From NCBI GenBank assembly GCA_018823125.1, contig JAHJIW010000010.1, positions 93,396 to 157,395 of the forward strand: a stretch of 64,000 nucleotides of DNA, in the 5' to 3' direction. The notes beneath the pieces were generated by a model. It saw nothing but the letters and a program-made list of their open reading frames with translations, made no database searches and was not told where the DNA came from. Positions 1 to 9,245 of this stretch are shown here, one piece after another (within the stretch, counting starts at the first letter, position 1; the number at the start of each line of letters is the position of its first letter). This DNA is from Candidatus Margulisiibacteriota bacterium. GTDB taxonomy: Bacteria > Margulisbacteria > WOR-1 > JAHJIW01. The position numbers were made by a program, and so were the translations under genes.

Positions 1-144
1 GAATCAAATTTAGCAATGGATCGGTTAACCTTTGAATCAACTGCACCACTGGATTATACCGTGCTCCTGGAATCCAAGGCAAAAAAACTTGAGCTAAGAT
101 CAGCAAGTAGTATAATCCAAATAAAAAATTTATTAAAAGAATAA
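1..144 (+). CDS. 3' end of an unidentified CDS entering the window
   Basis: Frame 1 is open from base 1 to TAA at 142-144 (ESNLAMDRLTFES...KNLLKE*) and converges on proC; no recognisable motif. Confidence 0.4.
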   Translation, partial: ESNLAMDRLTFESTAPLDYTVLLESKAKKLELRSASSIIQIKNLLKE

Positions 145-164
145 TCAGTGAATACATAATAGAG

Positions 165-962
165 TCATTGACTTAATTCTTGGGACCGCCTGGATGCCGC
201 CGCAACCGCCGCCACCACCATCTCCTGAAATTTTCCTTCTTCTAAAACTTTTAATCCCTCGATCGTCGTCCCACCCGGAGATTTTACCATATCTATCAAC
301 TTTGTGGGTTCGATTTTTGTTTTTTGCAATACGGCAACCGAACCGGCTACGGTTTGCAAGGCTAAAGCTTTAGCGGTTTTTTCATCCAGGCCTAATTTTT
401 TACCAGCCGCAATTAAACTCCGAATAAACAGATAAACAAAAGCCGGCCCCGAGCCGGAAAGACCGGTAACCGCATCCATCATTTTCTCTTCAACAAAGAC
501 TACCGCTCCAACCGCTTCAAATATTTTAGTTACGACCGCGTTGTCACTTTTTTCTTTGCCCAAACCTGAAATCGCAGCCATGCCCGCCCCCACCAAGCTT
601 GGATTATTAGGCATTACCCTAAAAATCTTTTTAGTTTTTAAAGCCGCAGATAAGTGGGTTAAAGTTATGCCGGCCGCAATTGAGACCACTACCTGTTTTT
701 CACTGACTAACGTTTTAATTTCGGCTAAAACTTTATCGATGGCCTGCGGTTTGACGGCTAATAAAATAATATCTGAGGAAGTAACTACGGCCTGGCTTGA
801 CTCTGCAATTTTTACTTTGAGCTTGGTAAGGTCGGCTAACTTGCTTTTATCAACATCGAAAACAATTACGTCTGCAGGAGAAACTAAAGAGGCAGTTAAT
901 CCAGAAATTAGGGCCTGCCCCATTCTGCCGGCGCCAATAACACCAATCTTTCCTATTTCCAA
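165..962 (-). CDS. proC: pyrroline-5-carboxylate reductase
   Basis: IGVIGAGRMG Rossmann motif, LAVKPQ, RVMPN, TGLSGSGPAF, SPGGTT motifs. Confidence 0.95.
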   Translation of the reverse strand: MEIGKIGVIGAGRMGQALISGLTASLVSPADVIVFDVDKSKLADLTKLKVKIAESSQAVVTSSDIILLAVKPQAIDKVLAEIKTLVSEKQVVVSIAAGITLTHLSAALKTKKIFRVMPNNPSLVGAGMAAISGLGKEKSDNAVVTKIFEAVGAVVFVEEKMMDAVTGLSGSGPAFVYLFIRSLIAAGKKLGLDEKTAKALALQTVAGSVAVLQKTKIEPTKLIDMVKSPGGTTIEGLKVLEEGKFQEMVVAAVAAASRRSQELSQ

Positions 963-971
963 AACTTTATC

Positions 972-1421
972 CTATCTTGAGAAAAAAGTATCTTGCGTGC
1001 GCTCTTCGGTAGCTCCGGTGGGTACCACGGCGGATCTCTCCTCGGTATCCACGACCCCAATATTGGAAGGGGTAAAAAGAAAAATAGTTTCACCAATTTT
1101 AGTCATGTGTCCGTCGATAGCGTAAGCGGTTCCGCATACAAAATCAACTAAACGGGTACCTTCGTTTTGTTCTAGATGCTTTAGGTTAATGATCACGGGG
1201 TTGCCGGATCGAAGCTGAGTAGAAATATTTAATGAATCTTCGTAAATCTTAGGTTCGAATAAGATCATTTCGTAATCGAGGCCTTCTCTTTGTTTCCCTC
1301 GTTTTTCGGTGGAACGCAAAACCGAACTTAAATCCATCTGCTTAGCTTGCCCAAAATCTTCTTCTCCCGCTTCCTCTAATCCAATAAATGCTTTTGCCCG
1401 GCTAAAAATTCCATCGCCCAT
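972..1421 (-). CDS. sepF: cell division protein SepF
   Basis: LRSGNPVIINL...RLVDFVCGTAYAIDGH...IFLFTP motif; directly downstream of ftsZ. Confidence 0.9.
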   Translation of the reverse strand: MGDGIFSRAKAFIGLEEAGEEDFGQAKQMDLSSVLRSTEKRGKQREGLDYEMILFEPKIYEDSLNISTQLRSGNPVIINLKHLEQNEGTRLVDFVCGTAYAIDGHMTKIGETIFLFTPSNIGVVDTEERSAVVPTGATEERTQDTFFSR

Positions 1422-1442
1422 ATTTATATCACTCCATTCTTT

Positions 1443-2471
1443 TTATCTGATAAAAGGCGGGAGATCCACACGGTCACTCATGCTGGATGTCCGCACCAGA
1501 GGGATCTCATCCTGGAATCGTTTTTCGGCAGGCTTAAATCCGGTAGCAATTACGGTAATCACAATTTCGCCCTGCAGTTTTTCGTCGATAACCGCACCAA
1601 AAATGATATTGGCATCCGGATCCACGGCGTTATAAATAACTTCGGCCGCATCGTTAACTTCGTATAAGGTTAAATCGGAACCGCCGGTAACGTTAAAGAT
1701 AACTCCCTTCGCTCCGGTGATGGTTTCTTCAAGTAAAGGACTGGAAATTGCTTTTTCGGCCGCTTCTACTGCCCGGTTTTCACCCGAAGCGTAGCCAATC
1801 CCCATCATGGCCGAACCGGCTTCATACATAATAGTACGAACGTCGGCAAAATCTAAGTTAATTAAGCCGGGAACGGTAATTAAATCGGAAATGCCTTTTA
1901 CTCCCTGGCGCAAAACATCGTCGGCAACTTTAAAAGCATCCATAATTGAGGTTTGTCTTTCAACTACTTGTAATAATTTATCGTTTGGAATGATGATCAG
2001 GGCATCGACTTTTTCTTTTAAAAGCGCTACCCCGCTCTCTGCCTGAGAAATACGGATGGGACCTTCAAATTTAAAGGGCTTAGTTACTACCCCGATGGTT
2101 AAAATGCCTAACTCTTTAGCAATTTCAGCTACTACCGGAGAAGAACCAGTTCCTGTTCCGCCCCCCATGCCCGCAGTAATGAAAACCATGTCGGCACCGC
2201 TTAACGCGCGCTTCACTTCTTCTCTGGATTCTTCGGTAGCGCGTTGACCAATTTCTGGATTGGCCCCCGCTCCTAATCCTTTGGTTAATTCGACACCCAG
2301 TTGCAGTTTTTTATCTGCTAAAGAAACTGAAAGGGCTTGTAAATCGGTGTTTATTCCCCAAAATTCTACTCCTTTTACCCCTGCTCCAATCATGCGGTTA
2401 ACCGCATTGGTTCCGCCGCCGCCAATTCCTAACACTTTTATGGTTGCAAAGTTTCTTCCGTTTTCATTCAT
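1443..2471 (-). CDS. ftsZ: cell division protein FtsZ
   Basis: [20 protein letters not shown] tubulin signature, NLDFADV; start placed at ATG 2471 ([12 protein letters not shown]) after a GGGG RBS rather than the ORF-track start at 2531. Confidence 0.98.
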   Translation of the reverse strand: MNENGRNFATIKVLGIGGGGTNAVNRMIGAGVKGVEFWGINTDLQALSVSLADKKLQLGVELTKGLGAGANPEIGQRATEESREEVKRALSGADMVFITAGMGGGTGTGSSPVVAEIAKELGILTIGVVTKPFKFEGPIRISQAESGVALLKEKVDALIIIPNDKLLQVVERQTSIMDAFKVADDVLRQGVKGISDLITVPGLINLDFADVRTIMYEAGSAMMGIGYASGENRAVEAAEKAISSPLLEETITGAKGVIFNVTGGSDLTLYEVNDAAEVIYNAVDPDANIIFGAVIDEKLQGEIVITVIATGFKPAEKRFQDEIPLVRTSSMSDRVDLPPFIR

Positions 2472-2581
2472 GATAAAACCCCGCTTTTTAATTTTTTTTA
2501 TTGTATCACACTCGAATCTGGGACACAACAAATTTCATTCGAGTCGTAGCTGATCCAGTATTGACAAGGGTTTTATAAGAT

Positions 2582-3364
2582 TTACCCTCTAAAACGCACC
2601 ACCGGGGAGTTGGGATACCTTACATCTATATATTTTACCTGATTCCACTGACCGCGCACTTCCTTAAGAATAGTTTCGAGCACATCCATCTTTTCGGTCA
2701 GGTTATTAGCACTGCCGATCTTAACTTTTAAGATATCTTCGATCAAAATACTAATATTATTTTCATCGGACATGTCAACTTGCAGACTAGTTGACTCTAA
2801 AAACTCAGACGAGCGACTAATAGCCACCCTAATCGCAGCAGTAACATCTTGAGCTAAACGATAATCCTCTAATTGTGAAGATTTTATCCCGCCCACCACC
2901 GGCAAATCAGAAACATTCAAGATTGTTACAAAATCATAATCGGTATTGCCCTGCGCTTTTAAAATAACTCCCTCGCGATCAATGACGTGCGCCTCATTAT
3001 CAATCACTACCACCGCAAAAGGAGTCCGTTCAACCACATTAATAATAATCGTGGATGGAAATCGTTTTGAAATTTTTATTTTTCCCAGTTGTTTGATAGC
3101 GGCCAGATTTTCCCGCGGTTTTTTCAAACTAACAAAAAATATATTTTCCCCTAAGGGAATGGTGGCTTTTTCTTTAATTAAAAGCTCATCCACCATCAGT
3201 GAACCTGCCACCTCAACACTGCTAATTCTCCAAATTGGAATCGATAAGAATAACGTAACGATGCATGACAGGGCAAAAAAGTAGACTAAAGTCCAAACTA
3301 TGTACCAACGCAGCGGTCGTTTAATTTTTCCCGCCTTGCGGCGGACAAGGCTTCTTCTTGGCAT
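2582..3364 (-). CDS. ftsQ: FtsQ/DivIB family cell division protein
   Basis: Basic N-terminus, one TM helix, POTRA-like region, KRFPSTIIINVVER and C-terminal YIDVRY; lies between ddl and ftsZ. Confidence 0.85.
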   Translation of the reverse strand: MPRRSLVRRKAGKIKRPLRWYIVWTLVYFFALSCIVTLFLSIPIWRISSVEVAGSLMVDELLIKEKATIPLGENIFFVSLKKPRENLAAIKQLGKIKISKRFPSTIIINVVERTPFAVVVIDNEAHVIDREGVILKAQGNTDYDFVTILNVSDLPVVGGIKSSQLEDYRLAQDVTAAIRVAISRSSEFLESTSLQVDMSDENNISILIEDILKVKIGSANNLTEKMDVLETILKEVRGQWNQVKYIDVRYPNSPVVRFRG

Positions 3365-4311
3365 TAAAGAAGTGCACTCTCCAAAATTTCTACCACTAAC
3401 TCATCAAAAGAAATTCCTGCGTGAGCCGCTTCGGCCGGTAAATCAGACTGATCAGTCATCCCCGGAATGGTGTTAATATCGATTACGTAAGGAACGTGGT
3501 CCTTCCCGACCTGGATATCGACCCGGGACACTCCTCTGCAACCTAATATTTTATGCGCGGCTAAGGCTACCTTTTGCGTTTCTTCATACAATATTTTAGG
3601 AAGGCGGGCCGGTAGAATAAAATCAGTCATCCCCGGCGTATATTTTGCCTCGTAGTCATAAAACTCTTTTTTGGGAAGCAGCTCAAGGATGGGAAGCGCT
3701 CGGGTCTTTTTGCCGCAGCCGATGATTCCAACCGTAACTTCTTTACCGGGAATATATTCTTCGACAAAAACATCCCTGAATTTTTTAACCGTGGAGCGAA
3801 TGATTTTATCAACCACATTCATATCTTTAACGATGGAAACGCCCAGGCTCGAGCCTTCGGTATGGGGTTTAATCACTAAAGGAAAAGGAAAGATTTTTTT
3901 TATTTTATCGATATCCGCGGTGATATTTTCGGGATCAATCACATAAAACTTGGGAGTAGGAATATTGGAAGCCAGCAAAACTCTTTTGGCGGAAACTTTA
4001 TCCATGGCTAACGCCGAAGCCAGCACCCCGGATCCGGTATAAGGAATTTTTATAGTTTCGAGCATGCCCTGTACGGTGCCGTCTTCGCCATATTTGCCAT
4101 GCAATACAATGTAAGCAATTTCTACTTTATTTTTCTTTAACATTTCGGGCAGATCACCGTCAACATCAATCCCCACCACATCAAACCCCTGCCCTTTTAA
4201 GGATTCAAACACCTTGGTGCCCGAGCGCAGTGAAACATCGCGTTCGCCGGAGCGGCCGCCCATCAGCACGGCAATTTTTTTACTTTTGAGGTCTTTTATG
4301 AGGTCGGACAT
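3364..4311 (-). CDS. ddl: D-alanine--D-alanine ligase
   Basis: GGRSGERDVSL, LHGKYGEDG, GSSLGV, YDYEAKY, INTIPGMT. Confidence 0.95.
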   Translation of the reverse strand: MSDLIKDLKSKKIAVLMGGRSGERDVSLRSGTKVFESLKGQGFDVVGIDVDGDLPEMLKKNKVEIAYIVLHGKYGEDGTVQGMLETIKIPYTGSGVLASALAMDKVSAKRVLLASNIPTPKFYVIDPENITADIDKIKKIFPFPLVIKPHTEGSSLGVSIVKDMNVVDKIIRSTVKKFRDVFVEEYIPGKEVTVGIIGCGKKTRALPILELLPKKEFYDYEAKYTPGMTDFILPARLPKILYEETQKVALAAHKILGCRGVSRVDIQVGKDHVPYVIDINTIPGMTDQSDLPAEAAHAGISFDELVVEILESALL

Positions 4312-4318
4312 AGATGTG

Positions 4319-4347
4319 ATTTTATCTTATAGATGACTTAGTTTCAA
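4319..4347 (-). promoter_or_regulatory. sigma70-type promoter of ddl, leaderless geometry
   Basis: TTGAAA-N17-TAAAAT, then 7 nt to the ATG; no SD sequence. Confidence 0.6.
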
Positions 4348-4361
4348 GGTAAGAAAAAAAC

Positions 4362-5531
4362 CTAACGCGACAGGAGTGAACCAATTTTCAAGAAGATTCG
4401 GGCTAATAAGCTTTTCTTAATAGTAATCGCCCCAAAGTTACACATTTCCTGGCAACAGTAACAACCAATACACTTGCCATAATCAAAAGTGGGCCGGCCG
4501 CCAATTAAAGTTATCGCTTTGGCTGCGCAAACCTTAAAACAAGCCCCGCATTGGGTGCATTTACTCTTTTTTAAAACCGGGCGATCCAAAAAGAAGCGGC
4601 GCATAAAAGGAATAAACTTTTTAGGAATCCAACCGGGAAGCATTTCATCTCTTAATACCGAGATATGCTTAAAATCGTGATGAATATTGGATGCCAGCAT
4701 CTCCCCCAAAACTTCGATATTAGCCAGATTAGTTTCGCCCACATTTTTATCTGCCGCTTGTTTTAAAAAATCAAAATCCAATGGTTTTTTACCCACTAAA
4801 CTGGCACAAACCGAATCTACGGCTACGGCATCCCTGCCCGCCACCAGCAGCCCCATCTTTAGCGGTGCTCCGTTGGACGGACCACCCTCTCCTTCCATCG
4901 CCAAAATCGCATCTACAATATTTAAAGTTGGCTTTACGATTCTAACTAAATCCAGGAGCATCAAATTAAAATCATCCTTGTGAGGATATTTAAGATGAAA
5001 CTGCGATTTAATAATGCCCGGAATACAGCCAAAAATATTTTTTACCGCAGCCGTGATCCCGGAATAAACGTGGCTTTTTAACTTTGCTACATTGATAATT
5101 ACATCCGCATCTAAAGCCTCATTTACCAACATCACATTTTTACAAATAAATCCGTCTTTAAATTCTACCTCTCGCCCTCGATTAAAATCGACAAATTGCG
5201 CTCCTTCTTCCTGGCTTACTTTTAATATCCCCGAACCTTCCGCCGCTCTCTTAGGAGATTCAAATCCGGGACTATCCCCCACCCACGCCTCGCCTCCCGC
5301 CTTTTTTACCATGCGAATTAAAGCGCGAATAATTTGAGGATGGGTTACGGAGGCCTTCTCCGGAGGAGCAGCCGTTAAAATATTAGGTTTAATTAAAACT
5401 TTTTGGGAAGGTTTTACAAAAGCGGCGATGCCGCCCAGCTGGCCGAGCGCCTGCCAAAGTGCCGCTTCAACTTTTTCGGGAGAATAATCTTTACATTGAA
5501 CTAAACTTATCGCGGTTTTATTCATGAGCAA
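4362..5531 (-). CDS. DUF362 family protein with C-terminal 2x[4Fe-4S] ferredoxin domain
   Basis: VLIKPNIL, VTHP, KLKSH, AAVKNIFG motifs; CTQCGACFKVC and CIGCYCCQEMC; ATG at 5525 is an alternative start. Confidence 0.8.
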   Translation of the reverse strand: MLMNKTAISLVQCKDYSPEKVEAALWQALGQLGGIAAFVKPSQKVLIKPNILTAAPPEKASVTHPQIIRALIRMVKKAGGEAWVGDSPGFESPKRAAEGSGILKVSQEEGAQFVDFNRGREVEFKDGFICKNVMLVNEALDADVIINVAKLKSHVYSGITAAVKNIFGCIPGIIKSQFHLKYPHKDDFNLMLLDLVRIVKPTLNIVDAILAMEGEGGPSNGAPLKMGLLVAGRDAVAVDSVCASLVGKKPLDFDFLKQAADKNVGETNLANIEVLGEMLASNIHHDFKHISVLRDEMLPGWIPKKFIPFMRRFFLDRPVLKKSKCTQCGACFKVCAAKAITLIGGRPTFDYGKCIGCYCCQEMCNFGAITIKKSLLARIFLKIGSLLSR

Positions 5532-6326
5532 TCAATTTCGCAATTCCTTGATAATTTTTGTGAGCTTTGATTCAAGCTGCAGGTAGTAAGCTAAAAGCGC
5601 CCCACCCCATACCCCTAAAACCGCCACCATCAAAAGCGCCAATTTTTCGGCCCCAACGTACATTTGACTGCTGATCGCAAACCAAATAAACATCAGGCCA
5701 AATAAAAGAATTAAAACTAACGCAAGGATAAAAGTAATATATTTAAGTAATATTTCATTAATTTTAAGAAAATACTCATCGGCTAGCACCAGCGGCCGCC
5801 GTTCGAGGATTTTAGTTAAAATATTGCGCAAACGATACATACTGAGCGCATGGGTCAGCGCCATTAATCCGAAAACAAAAGCTACCAAAAAATATACCGG
5901 GGACAAACTGCGAAAAATCAGCGAAACCGCAATTAAAAAGGAAACGTAAAAAAACAATAGATAGAAATTGATTTTGGTAAAAGCAATTAATTGGGACCGC
6001 GCCGCTTCGGTTTTTTTAACGATGCCCTCTGGTATGTGCCGAGCCACGCTGCCCTCGTAAGTTACGTACCTAATTTTTAAGATGAACCACAGCACGTATA
6101 AAGGAGTGATCACGAAAAAATATATTCCGAGCAGCAGCCAAAGATTAACCCTTAAGATATTGTAAGCCAGAAAAAAGAAAATCAACAAAACAATATTAAA
6201 ACCCACCAGATCCTTGGCAAGGTTGCGGTCCGGGATCAGTTTTTCTCCACAGCTTATACATTGATGCTCAGCCAAAAATCTTTTGGGGATCGGAACCCGG
6301 GTTTTACATTTTGGACACTTCGCCAT
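5532..6326 (-). CDS. hypothetical multi-TM membrane protein with N-terminal zinc ribbon
   Basis: CPKC...CISC followed by about six hydrophobic segments. Confidence 0.65.
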   Translation of the reverse strand: MAKCPKCKTRVPIPKRFLAEHQCISCGEKLIPDRNLAKDLVGFNIVLLIFFFLAYNILRVNLWLLLGIYFFVITPLYVLWFILKIRYVTYEGSVARHIPEGIVKKTEAARSQLIAFTKINFYLLFFYVSFLIAVSLIFRSLSPVYFLVAFVFGLMALTHALSMYRLRNILTKILERRPLVLADEYFLKINEILLKYITFILALVLILLFGLMFIWFAISSQMYVGAEKLALLMVAVLGVWGGALLAYYLQLESKLTKIIKELRN

Positions 6327-6329
6327 AAT

Positions 6330-7706
6330 TTACACCTTTTTGTGTTTCCATTTACCGACTTTAAACCAAAGTATAGTTATTATGCCGTTAACCGAATTGG
6401 CAATTAAAAAAGAAAACCATATGCCCCTTAAACCCATGCTTTTGGATAAAATAACCGCCAGCGGAATTTGAATAACCCACAAAGCAATAAACGTCAGGAT
6501 CAGCGGTGAAATGGTATCCCCCGCGCCGGACATCGACCGCCCCAATACAATCCCAAAAGCAGTAAAAACATAACTGAAAGCGGCAATTCGCATAAAATCA
6601 GTTCCGATCTTAACCACTTCAACATTTGGATTAAACACTCGCATGATGGAAGGCGCAAAGATAAAACCCAGGCACCCCACCATGATCATGAAACCCATAT
6701 AATAAAAAGCGGTGGTCCAGGCACTCCGCTCCGCTCGATCCGGCTTTTGCGCCCCCAAATTTTGCCCCACCAAAATTGCCGAGGCATCGGCCAGCGCAAA
6801 GCCCGGCATCATTAAAACCATAATCAACCTGAAAACCACTCCGTAAGCGGCAATGGCAAAGGTGCCAAACCAGGCCACGATGGCCATTAATATCACTCCC
6901 ATAATTCCGCGCAGGCTCATCTGCAGTGAACTTGGAATCCCGATTTTAATTATCCGATAAAGGTAGTCCCAATTAACTTTAAAATATTTAATGTGCAGGT
7001 GCAGATGTGACCTTCCCCTGAGAAGAATCTCTAATCCAATTGCAACCCCAACTAATTGCGATAGTATGGTGGCCAGCGCTGCCCCTGCCACTCCCATTCG
7101 GGGGAAAGGCCCAATCCCAAAAATTAACAAAGGATCTAAAACAATATTAATCAGCGTGCAAAACATCAAAACCAAAGTGGGCGTTACGGCATCGCCGGAT
7201 CCGCGCAGCACCGCAAAGAAAATAAAAAAGAAAAACACCGAAAACGAACCCAGAAAAATTATCTGAAGATAGGCAGATCCCAAACGCAAAACATCAGGCG
7301 GCGCTCCCAATAACTTCAGCATGCCTCCGGCAAATACATAACCCAACACCGCAATGAAAATTGATCCAAATACACTTATGTTTATAGACTGCGCCGCAAC
7401 CTGCGCCGCCTCCACCGTCTTTTTGGCTCCAATAAAACGGGAAACCATGGCCGTAGTTCCGGTGGCCAGACCGATTACCATAGTAAATAAAATCATCATA
7501 ATTGATCCGGACATAGCAACAGCAGCCAAAGCACTGGGCCCCAGTCTTCCTACCCAGAACATATCAACCAAGTTAAACATAGATTGGAGAAAGTTGCCAA
7601 CCACCAGGGGAAGCGCCAGTATCCAGATGTTTTTTGAAATACTACCGACGGTTAAATCTCTTTTTTGACGGAGCGAAGATAATTTTTGCGCGATGCGTTT
7701 AATCAA
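6330..7706 (-). CDS. MATE family efflux transporter
   Basis: About 12 TM segments; NLVDMFWVGRLG, LRGSGDAVTP, NIVLDPLLIFG, GQNLGA motifs. Confidence 0.92.
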   Translation of the reverse strand: MIKRIAQKLSSLRQKRDLTVGSISKNIWILALPLVVGNFLQSMFNLVDMFWVGRLGPSALAAVAMSGSIMMILFTMVIGLATGTTAMVSRFIGAKKTVEAAQVAAQSINISVFGSIFIAVLGYVFAGGMLKLLGAPPDVLRLGSAYLQIIFLGSFSVFFFFIFFAVLRGSGDAVTPTLVLMFCTLINIVLDPLLIFGIGPFPRMGVAGAALATILSQLVGVAIGLEILLRGRSHLHLHIKYFKVNWDYLYRIIKIGIPSSLQMSLRGIMGVILMAIVAWFGTFAIAAYGVVFRLIMVLMMPGFALADASAILVGQNLGAQKPDRAERSAWTTAFYYMGFMIMVGCLGFIFAPSIMRVFNPNVEVVKIGTDFMRIAAFSYVFTAFGIVLGRSMSGAGDTISPLILTFIALWVIQIPLAVILSKSMGLRGIWFSFLIANSVNGIITILWFKVGKWKHKKV

Positions 7707-7771
7707 AACCCTAATCCTTTTTGGGTATGATTATAACATATGGAGAAATCCTGCGCAGATACAGATAATTG

Positions 7772-8755
7772 CTATTCCGGTATAGTCGGCAGGAAACGAT
7801 CTAATCCTTCTTTCCAGGAAGTCTCCCGGCGATTTACTCCAAAATAAAATCCTACGCCAAGTTGAAATACAAATTGAGCATAGTTGGTACTCCAGCTGCC
7901 TGAACTTAATTTACCAAAATCAATACCCGCTCTTACCGAAAAGGTTAATCGGGGGTCGGTTTTACGTACTCTGCCAGTTAGGGGTTTAGTTATCTCGCCC
8001 TCCAGCAGGATGCGATGTCCAATACCGGTGCCTGATCCGTGGTCTTCTTCGTATATCTTTCGGGAATAATTTCTTCCTCCCGGCACATCTACTTCTTCGT
8101 GAACTTCATTTTCGATCGTAAAATTGTGTCGGTCCAGGGCATAAGAAATCCAGATAGCATGCACATCATCCGGAGGTCCTAATAATTTATCGGCTTCTTC
8201 TACAAAATTAGCCAGGTTTAACCCCGCAAAGAAAATATTTTGCTGGCGGGTATCAATTTGAAAGCACGCTGCAGTAGTCTCATCACTCCCCCAGGAATCT
8301 CTAGAAAGCCGCATTAAAACCGCTTCTTTCTGATAAATGGGAGAAAACTCATGTCCTAAACGAATCTGACCTAAATCAATAAACGCTCTCACGTTAAATC
8401 GGGCAAGGTTAGAAAAATTATGCGGCTGTTCGGTCTCCATAAAAAGATCTGGGGAAAGACCAACTACTCCCTCCCAATATTTATTGGGATTATCAGCATA
8501 GTCCTGTTTCACTGCGTCGTAAGCATCGGGTACTTCACTTGCTCCGCCGGCCGCAAACCCTCCGTGGATTTGAACCCCCACCCCGAATTTCCACCACCCC
8601 AATGGTTTTTGTAAAATCCCGGTTGGAACCTCGCGCTTGTCGGTTTCTGGTTCGGGTACCGGTCGCGGCTCATCCAATCGAAAAGAATTCGGGCGCGAAA
8701 ATTGCATTCGATATTTGGTGGGCGGGACTAAATTTAAAGACGTATCAAAACTCAT
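7772..8755 (-). CDS. hypothetical protein with beta-strand-rich C-terminus
   Basis: 327-aa ORF with strong AGGAGG RBS; alternating aromatic strands (FQLGVGFYFG); no signal peptide seen. Confidence 0.7.
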   Translation of the reverse strand: MSFDTSLNLVPPTKYRMQFSRPNSFRLDEPRPVPEPETDKREVPTGILQKPLGWWKFGVGVQIHGGFAAGGASEVPDAYDAVKQDYADNPNKYWEGVVGLSPDLFMETEQPHNFSNLARFNVRAFIDLGQIRLGHEFSPIYQKEAVLMRLSRDSWGSDETTAACFQIDTRQQNIFFAGLNLANFVEEADKLLGPPDDVHAIWISYALDRHNFTIENEVHEEVDVPGGRNYSRKIYEEDHGSGTGIGHRILLEGEITKPLTGRVRKTDPRLTFSVRAGIDFGKLSSGSWSTNYAQFVFQLGVGFYFGVNRRETSWKEGLDRFLPTIPE

Positions 8756-8767
8756 ATAAATCCTCCT

Positions 8768-8801
8768 AAAAATAAAACCGATCTGCTATGGCATATCGGT
8801 T
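8768..8801 (-). terminator. intrinsic terminator in the 5' leader of the 8755 gene
   Basis: Minus strand: AACCGAT-a-TGC-CATA-GCA-g-ATCGGTT followed by TTATTTTT, then the AGGAGG RBS; no same-strand gene directly upstream. Confidence 0.7.
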
Positions 8802-8811
8802 CTTGATGAAA

Positions 8812-8850
8812 CTCTGTTATTCTTTCGTGCATTCACTTAAAAAATTTCAC
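8812..8850 (-). promoter_or_regulatory. sigma28-like promoter, copy A
   Basis: GTGAAATTT-N13-ACGAAA-N7-AGAG; same spacing as copies B-E, -10 box more degenerate. Confidence 0.6.
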
Positions 8851-8906
8851 TTTTTAAGGGTTTTTTTCTTGCGGCCACACCAAAAATTTGCTAAATTAAC
8901 ACCGCT

Positions 8907-9245
8907 ATGATTGATCATTATTCCTTCGGCCAAATAACCATTGATGGAAAAGCATATACTTCGGATGTCATCATCTATCCGGATCACGTAAACCCAAGCT
9001 GGTGGAGAAAAGAAGGACATAATCTGCAAATTGAAGACTTAACTGAAGTTATCACGGCAAAACCGGATACATTAATTATAGGAACCGGGGCTTCGGGAGT
9101 AATGGATGTCTCAGAAAAGGTAAAACAAGCTATCGCCCAAAAAGGCATAAAATTAATCGTAGAAAAAACCGGAGAAGCCTGTAAAATCTACAACAAGCTA
9201 AAAAGTTCAGGCAAAGTTATTGCGGCGCTACATTTAACCTGCTAA
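8907..9245 (+). CDS. Mth938-like (DUF498/598) protein
   Basis: IDHYSFGQITIDGKAY, WWRKEGH, LIIGTG, AALHLTC C-terminus. Confidence 0.88.
   Translation: MIDHYSFGQITIDGKAYTSDVIIYPDHVNPSWWRKEGHNLQIEDLTEVITAKPDTLIIGTGASGVMDVSEKVKQAIAQKGIKLIVEKTGEACKIYNKLKSSGKVIAALHLTC

Noticed and set aside
2510-2538. Sixth sigma28-like promoter upstream of ftsZ
   Set aside because: ATGAAATTT is present but position N13 gives TTCGAG, not MCGAWA; a sigma70-type promoter fits better.
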